Shown piece after piece: positions 31,183 to 40,970 of a stretch of 64,000 nucleotides of DNA (its first letter is position 1; the number at the start of each line of letters is the position of its first letter). The position numbers and the translations under genes are program-made. Origin of the DNA: Candidatus Zhuqueibacterota bacterium (lineage in GTDB: Bacteria; Zhuqueibacterota; Zhuqueibacteria; Oceanimicrobiales; Oceanimicrobiaceae); assembly GCA_029262035.1 (NCBI GenBank), contig JAJDAE010000296.1, positions 182 to 64,181 on the forward strand, in the 5' to 3' direction. The notes below the pieces were generated by a model. That model was given only the letters and a program-made list of their open reading frames with translations, made no database searches and was not told where the DNA came from.

Positions 31183-32235
31183 ATGAAAAATTACCTCTCG
31201 ATAATACTATTTACCGGAATTATTCTTATTACTGCTTGTGGCGGAGAAAAAATTCCCTTGCCTCAGCAACCAGAAGATGATGGCACAAGTGCAGTAAACG
31301 ACACAGTATATCTACAATTAAACCCTGTGTGGGACAATGCCAACGGCTACGACTTCATCGAACCATCCGATATACTGGTAGGTCGGGAGCCTCTCCTGTA
31401 TATCGCGGATACCGGCAATGATCGCATTCTAATGCTGGATCTCGCTGGAAATATCCTAGGCGCTTCACAATCTATCGAAAACCCGGTCGCTCTCACTCAA
31501 GACTCAAAACTAAACCTTTTGGCCGTGACAAATAGTAATAAAATTTACAGAATTGATCTTGTCTCAAAACAGCACGACATTGCGAACATACCGGTTGAAC
31601 TGGTTTTTGAAGAAATAGACAATCCGGATCGCCGTTACACAGGTATTTCTTCAATCTTAGGGGCATTGGGAGGGCAGGTTGTTATTGGCTACTATGTCAC
31701 AGCATCAGGCGACCAAAAACGGGATAACCAGGTACTTCTGTTCCCGGAAGACTTTGATGTTAATGTTCCGGATGCAATAAGCCTTGAACCGGAAGGTCTC
31801 GGCATTCAATCTGCTTCAGACCCTAGCGGTATTACGACATTACGTGATTTTAATATTGATTTCATATTTTGTATGGTTGGCCAAAATTCATTTAAAGTGC
31901 AGTGGATAACTGCCGGCGAGTTTGGCTTTATCCCTCGTCTGAACCCTGCCAATGGGAGCTTTGACCTTTTCGAACCAGGTAAATTTACATCTCCCGAAGA
32001 CGTCGCTGTCGACGAGGAAGGTTCTATCTACGTGGTGGATGCTCAGAATGATTTTTTATATAAATTTTCTGTATCCGGCGAAGAATTGCAGTCGTTTGGC
32101 GGTTCGGGTGACGGTGAAAAGGAATTTAATCAACCAAAAGGGGTTGCAGTTTTTAACCAGACTCTTTATGTCGCTGATAGCGGAAACAACCGTATTGTTC
32201 GTTTCAAATTATCAACAGATGTATCAGAAAATTAG
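31183..32235 (+). CDS. NHL-repeat beta-propeller lipoprotein
   Basis: It has a lipobox (LITAC) and NHL repeats (YIADTGNDRILMLD, LYVADSGNNRIVRF). Confidence 0.6.
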   Translation: MKNYLSIILFTGIILITACGGEKIPLPQQPEDDGTSAVNDTVYLQLNPVWDNANGYDFIEPSDILVGREPLLYIADTGNDRILMLDLAGNILGASQSIENPVALTQDSKLNLLAVTNSNKIYRIDLVSKQHDIANIPVELVFEEIDNPDRRYTGISSILGALGGQVVIGYYVTASGDQKRDNQVLLFPEDFDVNVPDAISLEPEGLGIQSASDPSGITTLRDFNIDFIFCMVGQNSFKVQWITAGEFGFIPRLNPANGSFDLFEPGKFTSPEDVAVDEEGSIYVVDAQNDFLYKFSVSGEELQSFGGSGDGEKEFNQPKGVAVFNQTLYVADSGNNRIVRFKLSTDVSEN

Positions 32236-32249
32236 AAGGAAAGTACTTC

Positions 32250-33986
32250 TTACTTCATCAGCAAAATTTTCTCAGTTTGAATAGTACCGCCGGCAGCCAA
32301 CTTGACAAAATAAACACCGCTAACCAACTGAGCCGCATCAAAAACTAAACTGTAGTCCCCCATTTCCCTGAAGTCATCCAACAGAATCCCCACTTCGCGG
32401 CCAAGTACATCGAATATTCTTATCGTAACATGACTGCCATGTACCACTGAATATCGAATCGTCGTAGAGGGATTGAAAGGATTGGGGTACGCAGGATAAA
32501 GAAAAAATTGTCGCGGTGTTTCAACCACGAAATCACCTTCAACACTAACCGGCCTTACTCCTGCAATATCTATTATCCTTGGTAAATGGTCAGAGGCATT
32601 ATTTGTATCCTGAGCCAACAGCCCGGCTGTACTCAACTCGTCGGCTGACATGGCCAATGTGTTCAAAACATAATGATTTCCAAGCTCAAGGATGCTGTCA
32701 GTAAACAGAAAATAATCCAGTTTACCCGGGCTGAAGGCACTGTTGTCATTACGCCAGGTGTATCCCATTCTGGCAGAAGTCTGTCTTGAAAATAGATCGG
32801 TCAGCGACGAGCCATCCCAATCCGGCGCAAAATCCTCACCATTATTGCTCTCATCACTTATATCGCCGTGCGTAAGGGTTCGTATCTGTAGTGAAGACCC
32901 TACAAGATTAAAATCTCCCAGATGAACCATCGGTGTATTTTCCGGAAGTTGAAATGGACCGCTTCCATCTCGCCACTCACGCAAGCGCATAATGATTTCA
33001 TCAGCATCTCGCTGCCGTGAAACATCATTGGCGCAGCAGCTCAAATGTGAATTCATCACCAGCAAATTTACACCCAATTCATCCGCCGTATTAAGCAACA
33101 CCACCATGGTACGCCCTGAGTTCGTCAATATTGCGGAATTAAGAATCGGGAAACGGGATACAACCATGTTGCCGTTTCCGAGCATGAGCGAATGAAAGTT
33201 TGAAGGTTGTAGCCACTTGCTCATCAATATTTCCACATCAGGTGCATCTCGCTGTTCCTGAAAAGCCATTATGTCTGGGCTCAGTGCTTTTATTATCCGT
33301 TCAAAAGCAGGCTGCCGATTGGCATTGCTAAGTCCACTGCCAAGGGTATTATAAGATAAAATACGCAAATGCTCAGGTCGCGATCTCGCTAAAGGAATTG
33401 CATCAGGTGGCTCAACCGGGGTTGTATCAATAATGTACTGAGCTCCACCAATATTGTCAGGCAAATAGTCGGCTTCATCTGAAGTAGCAAGCACTATAGC
33501 CAGGGTATCGGCGATTTGTGTGTTGTTAAGCGTAAGTGCCTGGCTAAAAAGACCAACTGCTATTTCAAAATCACGCGAAGTAATTGTTGGTGCACTGCGT
33601 AAGGTTAAATCATTTTGCCTGATTGCAACTGGCACCTGGTTTTGCCAGATAGAACCACTTCTACATCCAAAACACCATTCGATATCAGCGCCGATTCCAC
33701 GAAAGCTTCGACCAGTATTGCTATTATTGTCGACATCAATATAAAGCCTGATTCCATTAAAATCTTGCAATAGCTGCTCACTGCCATTAAATCCAAACTT
33801 CAAAAACAAAAAATCATTATCATTTGTAATTTTCAATCCGGAGAAATCTTCATCAAACCCATCCCCATCCGGGTCATCAAACTCAATTCCAATATTTTCC
33901 CAATCTTGAAAAAGACCATCAATGGTAATAGGATCACCTGCATAGGCTTCAACAAAAAAACAAAAAATGATAATAAATATGAACAT
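32250..33986 (-). CDS. Secreted endonuclease/exonuclease/phosphatase (EEP) family protein with a T9SS C-terminal domain
   Basis: It has a signal peptide and an N-terminal extra domain of about 190 aa. A central EEP domain follows (LRILSYNTLG ... MAFQEQ). The C-terminal CTD is YPAYPNPFNPSTTIRY...SGVYFVKL...KILLMK. Confidence 0.7.
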   Translation of the reverse strand: MFIFIIIFCFFVEAYAGDPITIDGLFQDWENIGIEFDDPDGDGFDEDFSGLKITNDNDFLFLKFGFNGSEQLLQDFNGIRLYIDVDNNSNTGRSFRGIGADIEWCFGCRSGSIWQNQVPVAIRQNDLTLRSAPTITSRDFEIAVGLFSQALTLNNTQIADTLAIVLATSDEADYLPDNIGGAQYIIDTTPVEPPDAIPLARSRPEHLRILSYNTLGSGLSNANRQPAFERIIKALSPDIMAFQEQRDAPDVEILMSKWLQPSNFHSLMLGNGNMVVSRFPILNSAILTNSGRTMVVLLNTADELGVNLLVMNSHLSCCANDVSRQRDADEIIMRLREWRDGSGPFQLPENTPMVHLGDFNLVGSSLQIRTLTHGDISDESNNGEDFAPDWDGSSLTDLFSRQTSARMGYTWRNDNSAFSPGKLDYFLFTDSILELGNHYVLNTLAMSADELSTAGLLAQDTNNASDHLPRIIDIAGVRPVSVEGDFVVETPRQFFLYPAYPNPFNPSTTIRYSVVHGSHVTIRIFDVLGREVGILLDDFREMGDYSLVFDAAQLVSGVYFVKLAAGGTIQTEKILLMK

Positions 33987-33996
33987 TGCGATTATC

Positions 33997-35298
33997 CTAT
34001 TTTAGCAGAAGCAATTTTTTTGATATGCTCTTCCCTCCCGCACTCAATGTATATACATAAATGCCGCTGCCTAATTCCTTGCCGTCAAAAATAACTTGAT
34101 ATTCTCCGGAGTTCTTATGTTCATCTGCCAATCTCGCTACTTCCTGCCCCAACAAATTAAAAACAGTCAGAGTTACAAAAGATGATTTGGTAAGCGAATA
34201 TTTTATTATTGTTGCGGGATTAAATGGGTTGGGAAAATTCTGTTGCAAACTAAATGATACAGGCTCTTGACTTCCTTCATTCACAGAAGTCGGGAATCCA
34301 AAGGCAAAATCGGAAACTACCGGCAGATGATCTGATGCCTTGTGAAGGGCATCTGCAACGCTGTCCGGAACAGAAAAGTTCGTTCCGGCATTGATAGCAA
34401 GGTTGAAGTGATCACTATCATTGCCAAACGCTTTATATGTTGCAGGCAGGATATCGATGCCACCACCACTTCTCATCGCATCTGAAACCAATATTATGTC
34501 AAAGCGATCATCCAACCCGCCGGTGGCACCGCCGCCAAAAGAGGTCGTTCTGGTAGATTGCGTATGAATAGAAATAAAAAAATTATTATTGTTCCAATTC
34601 CCGGCTTGGTTTATGGGATCAAACAACCGACCGTCGTTATCAGCCTGGTTTTCAGTTAATTTTATAAAAGCCGCTTCAGATGCAGATCTCATGTTGTAAT
34701 CGCCAACGAGCATAAAGTTTGAGTTAGAGGGCAACCCATTTAAATGGTTCCGAAGAAAAGTAGCCTGGTTTAACCTCTGTTGCTGATCTGAAGCCGACGA
34801 CCCGGCTTTCAAATGTGTAGAATAAATTGTGAACTCATGGCCAAATGCAAATAGCACATATTCCATTATATCACGAACGCCACTTCGGAGATTATTGGGA
34901 AAGGCCAGTAAAGTTACTTTGTCCTGATTATAAAAAAGCCCGCTATCCGTGTCTGGACCATCAAAAAAAGGCGCTGCCTGGTAAACAGCTTGTTTATGAT
35001 TCATGACCTGATTTAAAAGTGTCGAGACAGCTGCCTGACTTTCGATTTCCTGGACTACAAGAATATCCGGAGCCACAGCTTCGATGACTTTCCTCAAATC
35101 CCCAATCCGAGTTGCACCGTCTGCACTTGGAAATTTGAGTATATTATAGCTGGCGATCCGCAAGCTATCAACTTGGGCTTGAGTTTTGTGTACTGGAAAC
35201 AATACCAGACAGAACATTAGTAAGATAAGTTTAACCTGACATCCGTTATATTTAGAAAAAAAACTCATTGTTATCCTTTGTTTTATGTGAATTACCAA
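33997..35298 (-). CDS. Secreted EEP-family nuclease/phosphatase with a T9SS C-terminal domain; paralog of the previous gene
   Basis: EEP domain (LRIASYNILKF ... ILVVQEIES) plus a CTD (NFPNPFNPATIIKYS...SGIYVYTL...KLLLLK). The signal peptide starts at the internal Met (MSFFSK...). Confidence 0.7.
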   Translation of the reverse strand: MVIHIKQRITMSFFSKYNGCQVKLILLMFCLVLFPVHKTQAQVDSLRIASYNILKFPSADGATRIGDLRKVIEAVAPDILVVQEIESQAAVSTLLNQVMNHKQAVYQAAPFFDGPDTDSGLFYNQDKVTLLAFPNNLRSGVRDIMEYVLFAFGHEFTIYSTHLKAGSSASDQQQRLNQATFLRNHLNGLPSNSNFMLVGDYNMRSASEAAFIKLTENQADNDGRLFDPINQAGNWNNNNFFISIHTQSTRTTSFGGGATGGLDDRFDIILVSDAMRSGGGIDILPATYKAFGNDSDHFNLAINAGTNFSVPDSVADALHKASDHLPVVSDFAFGFPTSVNEGSQEPVSFSLQQNFPNPFNPATIIKYSLTKSSFVTLTVFNLLGQEVARLADEHKNSGEYQVIFDGKELGSGIYVYTLSAGGKSISKKLLLLK

Positions 35299-35519
35299 TA
35301 TAATTTAAGATCTGTTTCAAAAATTCGATATTTGGAATTACTCAAGCTTAAACTAATTACATTATATAAATTTCGCAAGGACTAATACTCAGATAACCGT
35401 GTTTTTCCCTTGACTTTTTTTGTTAATATCCGTTAATTTTAACCTCGATTAGGAGGGGTAAATCCTACCCGCAACAAAGTCCGAATTTTCTATTTCATAA
35501 ACGTTTATTTAAGGGAGGA

Positions 35520-37490
35520 ATGATGAGTTCTGATTTCAAGCCGTATGTTGGTGCAGAGACGGATCTAAAAGAATTTACATTTAAAGCGGTATTTCTTGGC
35601 GTAATAATGGCTGTAGTTTTGGGCGCTGCCAATGCCTACCTGGGCATGAAAGCCGGCCTGACCGTAGCCGCCACATTTCCGGCCGCCGTTGTGGCCATGG
35701 CAGCTTTAAAAGCATTTAAAGGCACAATACTTGAAGAAAATGTTGCCAGAACAACGGCCTCCGTTGGAGAGGCTTTAGTCGCTGGTGCAATTTTCACAAT
35801 TCCTGCCTTTGTAATTAGTGGCGTTTGGGATTCTTTGTGGACTGTTGAACATTTAATTGAAGGTTCGCTAATCATGCTCATCGGGGGTTTGCTTGGCGTT
35901 ATGTTCATTATTCTGCTTCGAAGAACCATGGTTGAGGAAGCTGATTTACCATTCCCGGAAAGTATTGCGGCTGCTGAAATCGTAAAAGCAGGCCAAGGCG
36001 GCGCCAGTGGCGCGAGTTATGTGTTTGGCGCTATGGGAATTGCCGGCCTCATCGAATTCTTTAAAAATAATAATGGCCTTCATCTAATCCAAGACACTGT
36101 TTCTAAGTTTTTCGGTTTTGCTGAATCCAAGATTCAATTTCTCGGCTCAACCAAACTTTTTAACGGTGGCCTTAAACTGGAAACACCCGCAGCATCACCG
36201 GCATTGGTTGGTGTTGGCTACATCGTCGGGTATGAAATCTCAGCCATCTTATTTGCAGGCTCAATTTTGGGGCATCTGTTATTAGTCCCATTAGCGCTTT
36301 TCCTAAGCCCAACATTGCAAGAATTCGCAGCCCAGGGACAAAACTGGGTAGCCATAAGTGATGAGGTCTGGTTTCGCCAAATCCGCCCTCTTGCAGTGGG
36401 AACGATGATTGTGGCAGCATTTTACACGCTTTACAATTTGAGAACATCCCTTATTCAAGGCCTTACGAAGGCTTTTAAAGACTTGCAAAATATTAAGAAC
36501 CAGTCTGGCACCCTCAGTAGACTTCAAATCGACTTAGACTTCAAAAAAATAATCACAGTCATTGGTATTTTGGCCATTCCACAATATCTTCTCTACCATT
36601 ACTTCAGTGGTTCTCTATTGGGTTCGCTTATACTCACCGTTGTACTGTTGGTAGTCGGATTCCTTTTTTCAGCCGTTGCCGGGTATCTTGTCGGGCTCAT
36701 CGGCAGTTCAAACAACCCAATTAGCGGGTTAACTCTAAGTACCTTGCTCATTTCAGCCGTTCTGATGGTTGCAATTGGCGTAACAGGCCCTAAAGGTGTT
36801 GCGGCTGTTCTCGCGGTTGCAGGCGTTGTATGTTGTGCTGCGGGTATTGCAGGCGATATGACTCAGGATTTAAAAGTCGGCCACATTTTAGGCGGTACGC
36901 CTTGGAAAATGGAGCTAGGCGAAATCATAGGTGTGATTATCGCTGCTATTCTGCTTATGCCTTTTATCGCTGTCATGGATAAAGTTTATGTTATCGGCAG
37001 TGCTGCTTTACCTGCGCCTCAAGCAGGCTTAATGGCATTAATGGCCAAGGGAATTGTAGGCGGAGAAATGGCATGGCCACTGGTCATTGTTGGTGTCTTT
37101 TTTGCAATTGGATTAATCCTAATCAAAGCGCCATCTCCAATGTTGATTGCTGTTGGCATGTATTTACCTTTTAGTTCTACAGCTGCTATTTTTGTAGGTG
37201 GACTTGCCAAGTGGTTGCTGGACAAACAAGCCGCCAAAAACAATTATTCTGATGAAAAGAAAACCAAAGCCGAAAGTACCGGGATTTTATTAGCGTCTGG
37301 CCTAATCGCCGGGGAATCTTTGATGGCAGTTATTTTAGCATTCGTTGTTCTGGGTGTTAGTGTCTCTGGCAGTTCGTTTACATTAGCAAGCCTGTCACCG
37401 GGAGCTACGCCATGGCTTGGTCTTGTTGTGTTTGCTGTACTTTTCTACACCCTAATCAAATTACCAATGAAAAGCTCAGAAAAGAAATAA
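35520..37490 (+). CDS. OPT-family oligopeptide transporter
   Basis: 656 aa polytopic protein. Its N-terminus matches the OPT family (TIGR00733-like), including FKAVFLGVIMAVVLGAANAYLGMKAGLTV. An AAGGGAGG RBS is present. Confidence 0.8.
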   Translation: MMSSDFKPYVGAETDLKEFTFKAVFLGVIMAVVLGAANAYLGMKAGLTVAATFPAAVVAMAALKAFKGTILEENVARTTASVGEALVAGAIFTIPAFVISGVWDSLWTVEHLIEGSLIMLIGGLLGVMFIILLRRTMVEEADLPFPESIAAAEIVKAGQGGASGASYVFGAMGIAGLIEFFKNNNGLHLIQDTVSKFFGFAESKIQFLGSTKLFNGGLKLETPAASPALVGVGYIVGYEISAILFAGSILGHLLLVPLALFLSPTLQEFAAQGQNWVAISDEVWFRQIRPLAVGTMIVAAFYTLYNLRTSLIQGLTKAFKDLQNIKNQSGTLSRLQIDLDFKKIITVIGILAIPQYLLYHYFSGSLLGSLILTVVLLVVGFLFSAVAGYLVGLIGSSNNPISGLTLSTLLISAVLMVAIGVTGPKGVAAVLAVAGVVCCAAGIAGDMTQDLKVGHILGGTPWKMELGEIIGVIIAAILLMPFIAVMDKVYVIGSAALPAPQAGLMALMAKGIVGGEMAWPLVIVGVFFAIGLILIKAPSPMLIAVGMYLPFSSTAAIFVGGLAKWLLDKQAAKNNYSDEKKTKAESTGILLASGLIAGESLMAVILAFVVLGVSVSGSSFTLASLSPGATPWLGLVVFAVLFYTLIKLPMKSSEKK

Positions 37491-37491
37491 G

Positions 37492-37830
37492 ATGTCAAAA
37501 GAGCAAATATCAGAAGCATTTCTTGCAGCAGCACCCAAAAGAAATCGAGAATGGCAGGAATCAGGTGACCTCGCGGTTATCCTGATTCCAAAATTCGGAA
37601 ATCATTTTTTTGGTAAATGGCTGATAACCAAAATGAAAAGCCCGAACTTCCGACTTAAGTTAGATGAAGTCGGTTCCTTCGTTTGGAAGCACTGTGACGG
37701 CTCAACAACGGTAAAAGATATCGGCCAGGGGTTGGCCGCTGAATTCGGCGAAAAGGTCGATCCGGTTTATGACCGCTTAAATTTATTTTTTGCGAGTCTG
37801 AACAAAAACAAATCCATAACCTGGGTGTAA
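37492..37830 (+). CDS. PqqD-family (RRE-like) small protein
   Basis: 112 aa. The core LDEVGSFVWKHCDGSTTVKDIGQGLAAEFGEKVDPVYDRLNLFFASL matches the PqqD family pattern (L.E.G..I...DG..TV..I...L...F...VD.V..FL). Its start overlaps the OPT stop (TAAGATG). Confidence 0.5.
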   Translation: MSKEQISEAFLAAAPKRNREWQESGDLAVILIPKFGNHFFGKWLITKMKSPNFRLKLDEVGSFVWKHCDGSTTVKDIGQGLAAEFGEKVDPVYDRLNLFFASLNKNKSITWV

Positions 37831-37836
37831 TTAACT

Positions 37837-39084
37837 TTGGATATAGATAAAACCATATTAAAAAACCTGTGCAATCGCATAGATACCTACGGAGAGGAAG
37901 CCATAAAAATTGAAAAGGCTTTGACAGCTATTCAAGCGCTTTCTCCTGAAAATGGTGGTGTTGGCGAAAGCGAAAAAGCTGAATTCATCCAAAAATATTT
38001 AACTGAAGAGTTAGGTTGTAAAACCATTGAACATTACAATGCCCCGGACGACCGTGTACCGTCCGGGGTAAGGCCAAATATTGCAGCTCGTTTAAAAGGC
38101 AAAAATGTCGAAAAAACAATCTGGATAATGTCGCACATGGATGTTGTACCTCCCGGTGATTTATCAAAATGGACAAACGATCCCTGGACCATACGTGTTG
38201 AGGATGGTAAGATTTTCGGACGCGGAACCGAAGACAATCAGCAAGGCATTGTATCTTCCCTCCTAACGGCGAAGGCATTTGTTGAAGAAAACCATCTTCC
38301 GGAATACGACCTTGGTTTGCTTTTCGTGTCCGATGAAGAAACAGGAAATGGGTACGGCATTGAATACATTTTAAAAAATCACAGCGATTTATTTACAAAC
38401 GAAGATTTTATTATTATACCCGATTCAGGCAATGAGGCCGGTACAATCGTAGAAGTCGCAGAAAAAGGCATTCTATGGATCAGGTTCGAAGTGATTGGGA
38501 AACAAACACATGGTTCAACACCTGAGTTAGGTATTAATGCAGCCAGAGCAAGTGCACATTTAGTAACCTCCCTCGACCAATTATACGACAAGTTTAATGT
38601 GAACGACCCGGTTTTTGATCCACCCATCAGCACATTTGAACCCACCCAAAAAGAAGCCAATGTTCCAAATGTAAATACTATTCCCGGACAGGATATTTTT
38701 TACTACGATTGCAGAATTCTTCCGAGCTATGACCTGAGCGAAGTTAAAAGCTTTGTACAACAAGTCACCCGGGAAATTGAAACCAAGCAAAAAGTTGAAA
38801 TTAAAATTTCGTACCCGCAGGAGTTTGCTGCAGCCCCTCCGACCCCGACGGATGCACCGGTTGTAATTTCTCTACTCAAAGCAATTTCAGAAATTAAAAA
38901 TGTAAAGCCGAAAGCAATGGGAATCGGCGGTGGCACAGTAGCAGCTTTCTTTCGTGAGGCTAACTTTAATGCAGTTGTTTGGGCCACTCAAGACGAAACA
39001 TTACATGGTCCTGACGAATACGTAAAAATAGATAACATCTTAGACGACGCAAAAGTTTTTGCACATGTAGCTTTACAAAAATAG
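37837..39084 (+). CDS. M20-family metallopeptidase, similar to dipeptidases and ArgE/DapE
   Basis: It has the metal-binding motifs (MSHMDVVPPGD, GRGTEDNQQG) and the dimerisation domain. It begins at a TTG at 37837. Confidence 0.75.
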   Translation: MDIDKTILKNLCNRIDTYGEEAIKIEKALTAIQALSPENGGVGESEKAEFIQKYLTEELGCKTIEHYNAPDDRVPSGVRPNIAARLKGKNVEKTIWIMSHMDVVPPGDLSKWTNDPWTIRVEDGKIFGRGTEDNQQGIVSSLLTAKAFVEENHLPEYDLGLLFVSDEETGNGYGIEYILKNHSDLFTNEDFIIIPDSGNEAGTIVEVAEKGILWIRFEVIGKQTHGSTPELGINAARASAHLVTSLDQLYDKFNVNDPVFDPPISTFEPTQKEANVPNVNTIPGQDIFYYDCRILPSYDLSEVKSFVQQVTREIETKQKVEIKISYPQEFAAAPPTPTDAPVVISLLKAISEIKNVKPKAMGIGGGTVAAFFREANFNAVVWATQDETLHGPDEYVKIDNILDDAKVFAHVALQK

Positions 39085-39158
39085 CTCGCCTAAGCTCTCT
39101 TATTAAGTCAATTATTTAGTTTTCAGACAATTCAAAAACTCATTTATTTGTTCATCGA

Positions 39159-40115
39159 ATGGACATAATCAAAAAAACTATTTCAGTCTTATTGAGAGAC
39201 TACCTAAAAGTTCAAGCTGATGAGGCTATCACTTTTTTAGGGCATGAAAAACATTCCGAACTTCTTGAAGTTGCATGGAAGGCCGGGAAAAGACTAACAA
39301 AAAACGTTCTCTGCGTCAAATACTCCGAAGCAAATTTAACTGCCACACAAAACGGATTTATTAGAAGTATTTGTGAACCTCTTCTTACTTCTAAAACTTC
39401 GATTTTCTTTGCAAATGACTCTCTCGATGAAACACATTTTTCTGATGCACTTTTGCAAAACTCCAGAATTATAATTATTCAAAATATACCTGCTTTGTTA
39501 AAAGGTAATTTTTTGATATCGGACTCAAAAAGAATTGTTCGAAAAAGCAGGAAGTTAGCTGACCTTTTTACAATCGGGAAAACGTTCAGCCTCTCTTCTC
39601 CATCAGGGACTGACATTCAGATCGATATTTCAAAATCAAATGGAGTTGCACATACTGGAATTCCCGGAGAGCCTTCACAAATTGTATTGCTCCCATCCGG
39701 AGCAGCCAGCATCAATTTAACAAAAAGCAGTCTTAATGGAAAAATTATTCTCGACCGGATTGCCGGGATAAGTAAAAAACTGAATACACCAATTACTTTA
39801 TATGTAAACAACAATCAAATCTCTCAAATCAAAGGCGCTACAGAAGCTGAAGCACTCAGAAAAAGCCTAAGAAAATTCGGTAAGGACGGTCGCACTATAA
39901 CTCAAATGGGTGTAGGAACAAACGATTTCATTAAGCTTGGGTATTCAGATTCTGAGGATGAAAAACATGCCGGTTCCGTTTATTTTATTCTGGGAGAAAA
40001 TCAAGTCACCAAAATACATGGGAAAATGCTCAAAGCCGTTAAAGGCCTGCTTTTAAAACCAACACTTTCCGTGGATGGAAAGTTACTGGTTAAGGACGGA
40101 AAAATTCTTGTTTAA
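39159..40115 (+). CDS. Putative aminopeptidase, M29/AmpS-like; low-confidence assignment
   Basis: The C-terminal half has spacing that resembles the M29 catalytic domain (GTDIQIDIS, GIPGEPSQI, GRTITQMGVGTN, EKHAGSVYFILGEN). The N-terminal domain is divergent. Confidence 0.35.
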   Translation: MDIIKKTISVLLRDYLKVQADEAITFLGHEKHSELLEVAWKAGKRLTKNVLCVKYSEANLTATQNGFIRSICEPLLTSKTSIFFANDSLDETHFSDALLQNSRIIIIQNIPALLKGNFLISDSKRIVRKSRKLADLFTIGKTFSLSSPSGTDIQIDISKSNGVAHTGIPGEPSQIVLLPSGAASINLTKSSLNGKIILDRIAGISKKLNTPITLYVNNNQISQIKGATEAEALRKSLRKFGKDGRTITQMGVGTNDFIKLGYSDSEDEKHAGSVYFILGENQVTKIHGKMLKAVKGLLLKPTLSVDGKLLVKDGKILV

Positions 40116-40118
40116 AAC

Positions 40119-40943
40119 TTAAATAACAAAAATTTTCAAATAGAGAAAAACGGCAGGAGCCGCCAAAATTTCACTATCAAATCTATCTAAAATACCTCCA
40201 TGCCCCGGTATAAGATTAGATGAATCTTTGATGCCGGCATCCCGCTTAAAAAGAGATTCCACCAAGTCACTTAATTGACCAAAACTCCCACATAGGGCGC
40301 CAATAACCAACAAATCAACCAAGTTAAATTCATCCAGAAAAGTTAGATGGCATAAGTAAGCTGTCAATATTGCAGTCAAAAAGCCGGTGAGGGTTCCTTC
40401 AACTGTTTTGTTCGGACTTACACGAGGGAAGAGTTTATGCTTGCCAATTTTTGAGCCACCAATATAGGCCATTGAATCACAAAACCAAATAGACAGAAAA
40501 AAGAAAATAATGAGTTTTCCGGAAGCAAGATACGATGCCTGAACCCACAACGTCTCCCGGATTAAAACAAGCGATCCTATGGGCACTGCAACATAAAATA
40601 CTCCCATAAACGTGGCGCCAATATTTAAAACAGAGTTAGGCTGATTTCGAAATAGCTCTATTGTTGTTATCAACAAAAATGAATAAATAAAGAACACTCC
40701 TAAAAAATTTATCTCACCCAGGAAAAATAAACCCAGGACAACAGCACCTAATACAATTCCTAAAACCTTTTGGGGATGGGCTTCTTTATGATCTGCAATA
40801 GCATAAAACTCCTTCATCCCAAGCACAACAATGATGGCAATGATGGCAAGAAAAAACAAATTACCAAACCAAATACTCAGCAGGATTAAAGGACCAAAAA
40901 TAAAAGCAACAAGTGCACGGGTTTTAAAGGTATCTAATGCCAC
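40119..40943 (-). CDS. cdsA: Phosphatidate cytidylyltransferase
   Basis: It has the C-terminal CdsA signature (IPGHGGILDRFDS) and multiple transmembrane helices. Confidence 0.8.
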   Translation of the reverse strand: MALDTFKTRALVAFIFGPLILLSIWFGNLFFLAIIAIIVVLGMKEFYAIADHKEAHPQKVLGIVLGAVVLGLFFLGEINFLGVFFIYSFLLITTIELFRNQPNSVLNIGATFMGVFYVAVPIGSLVLIRETLWVQASYLASGKLIIFFFLSIWFCDSMAYIGGSKIGKHKLFPRVSPNKTVEGTLTGFLTAILTAYLCHLTFLDEFNLVDLLVIGALCGSFGQLSDLVESLFKRDAGIKDSSNLIPGHGGILDRFDSEILAAPAVFLYLKIFVI

Positions 40944-40970
40944 AGTTTCCTCCCTCCTATTTCTAAGAAA

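Noticed and set aside
35410-35438. Putative sigma70 promoter TTGACT-N17-TTAATT upstream of the OPT transporter
   Set aside because: The -35 box is good, but the -10 hexamer matches only 3 of 6 positions. This is insufficient to call it a feature.
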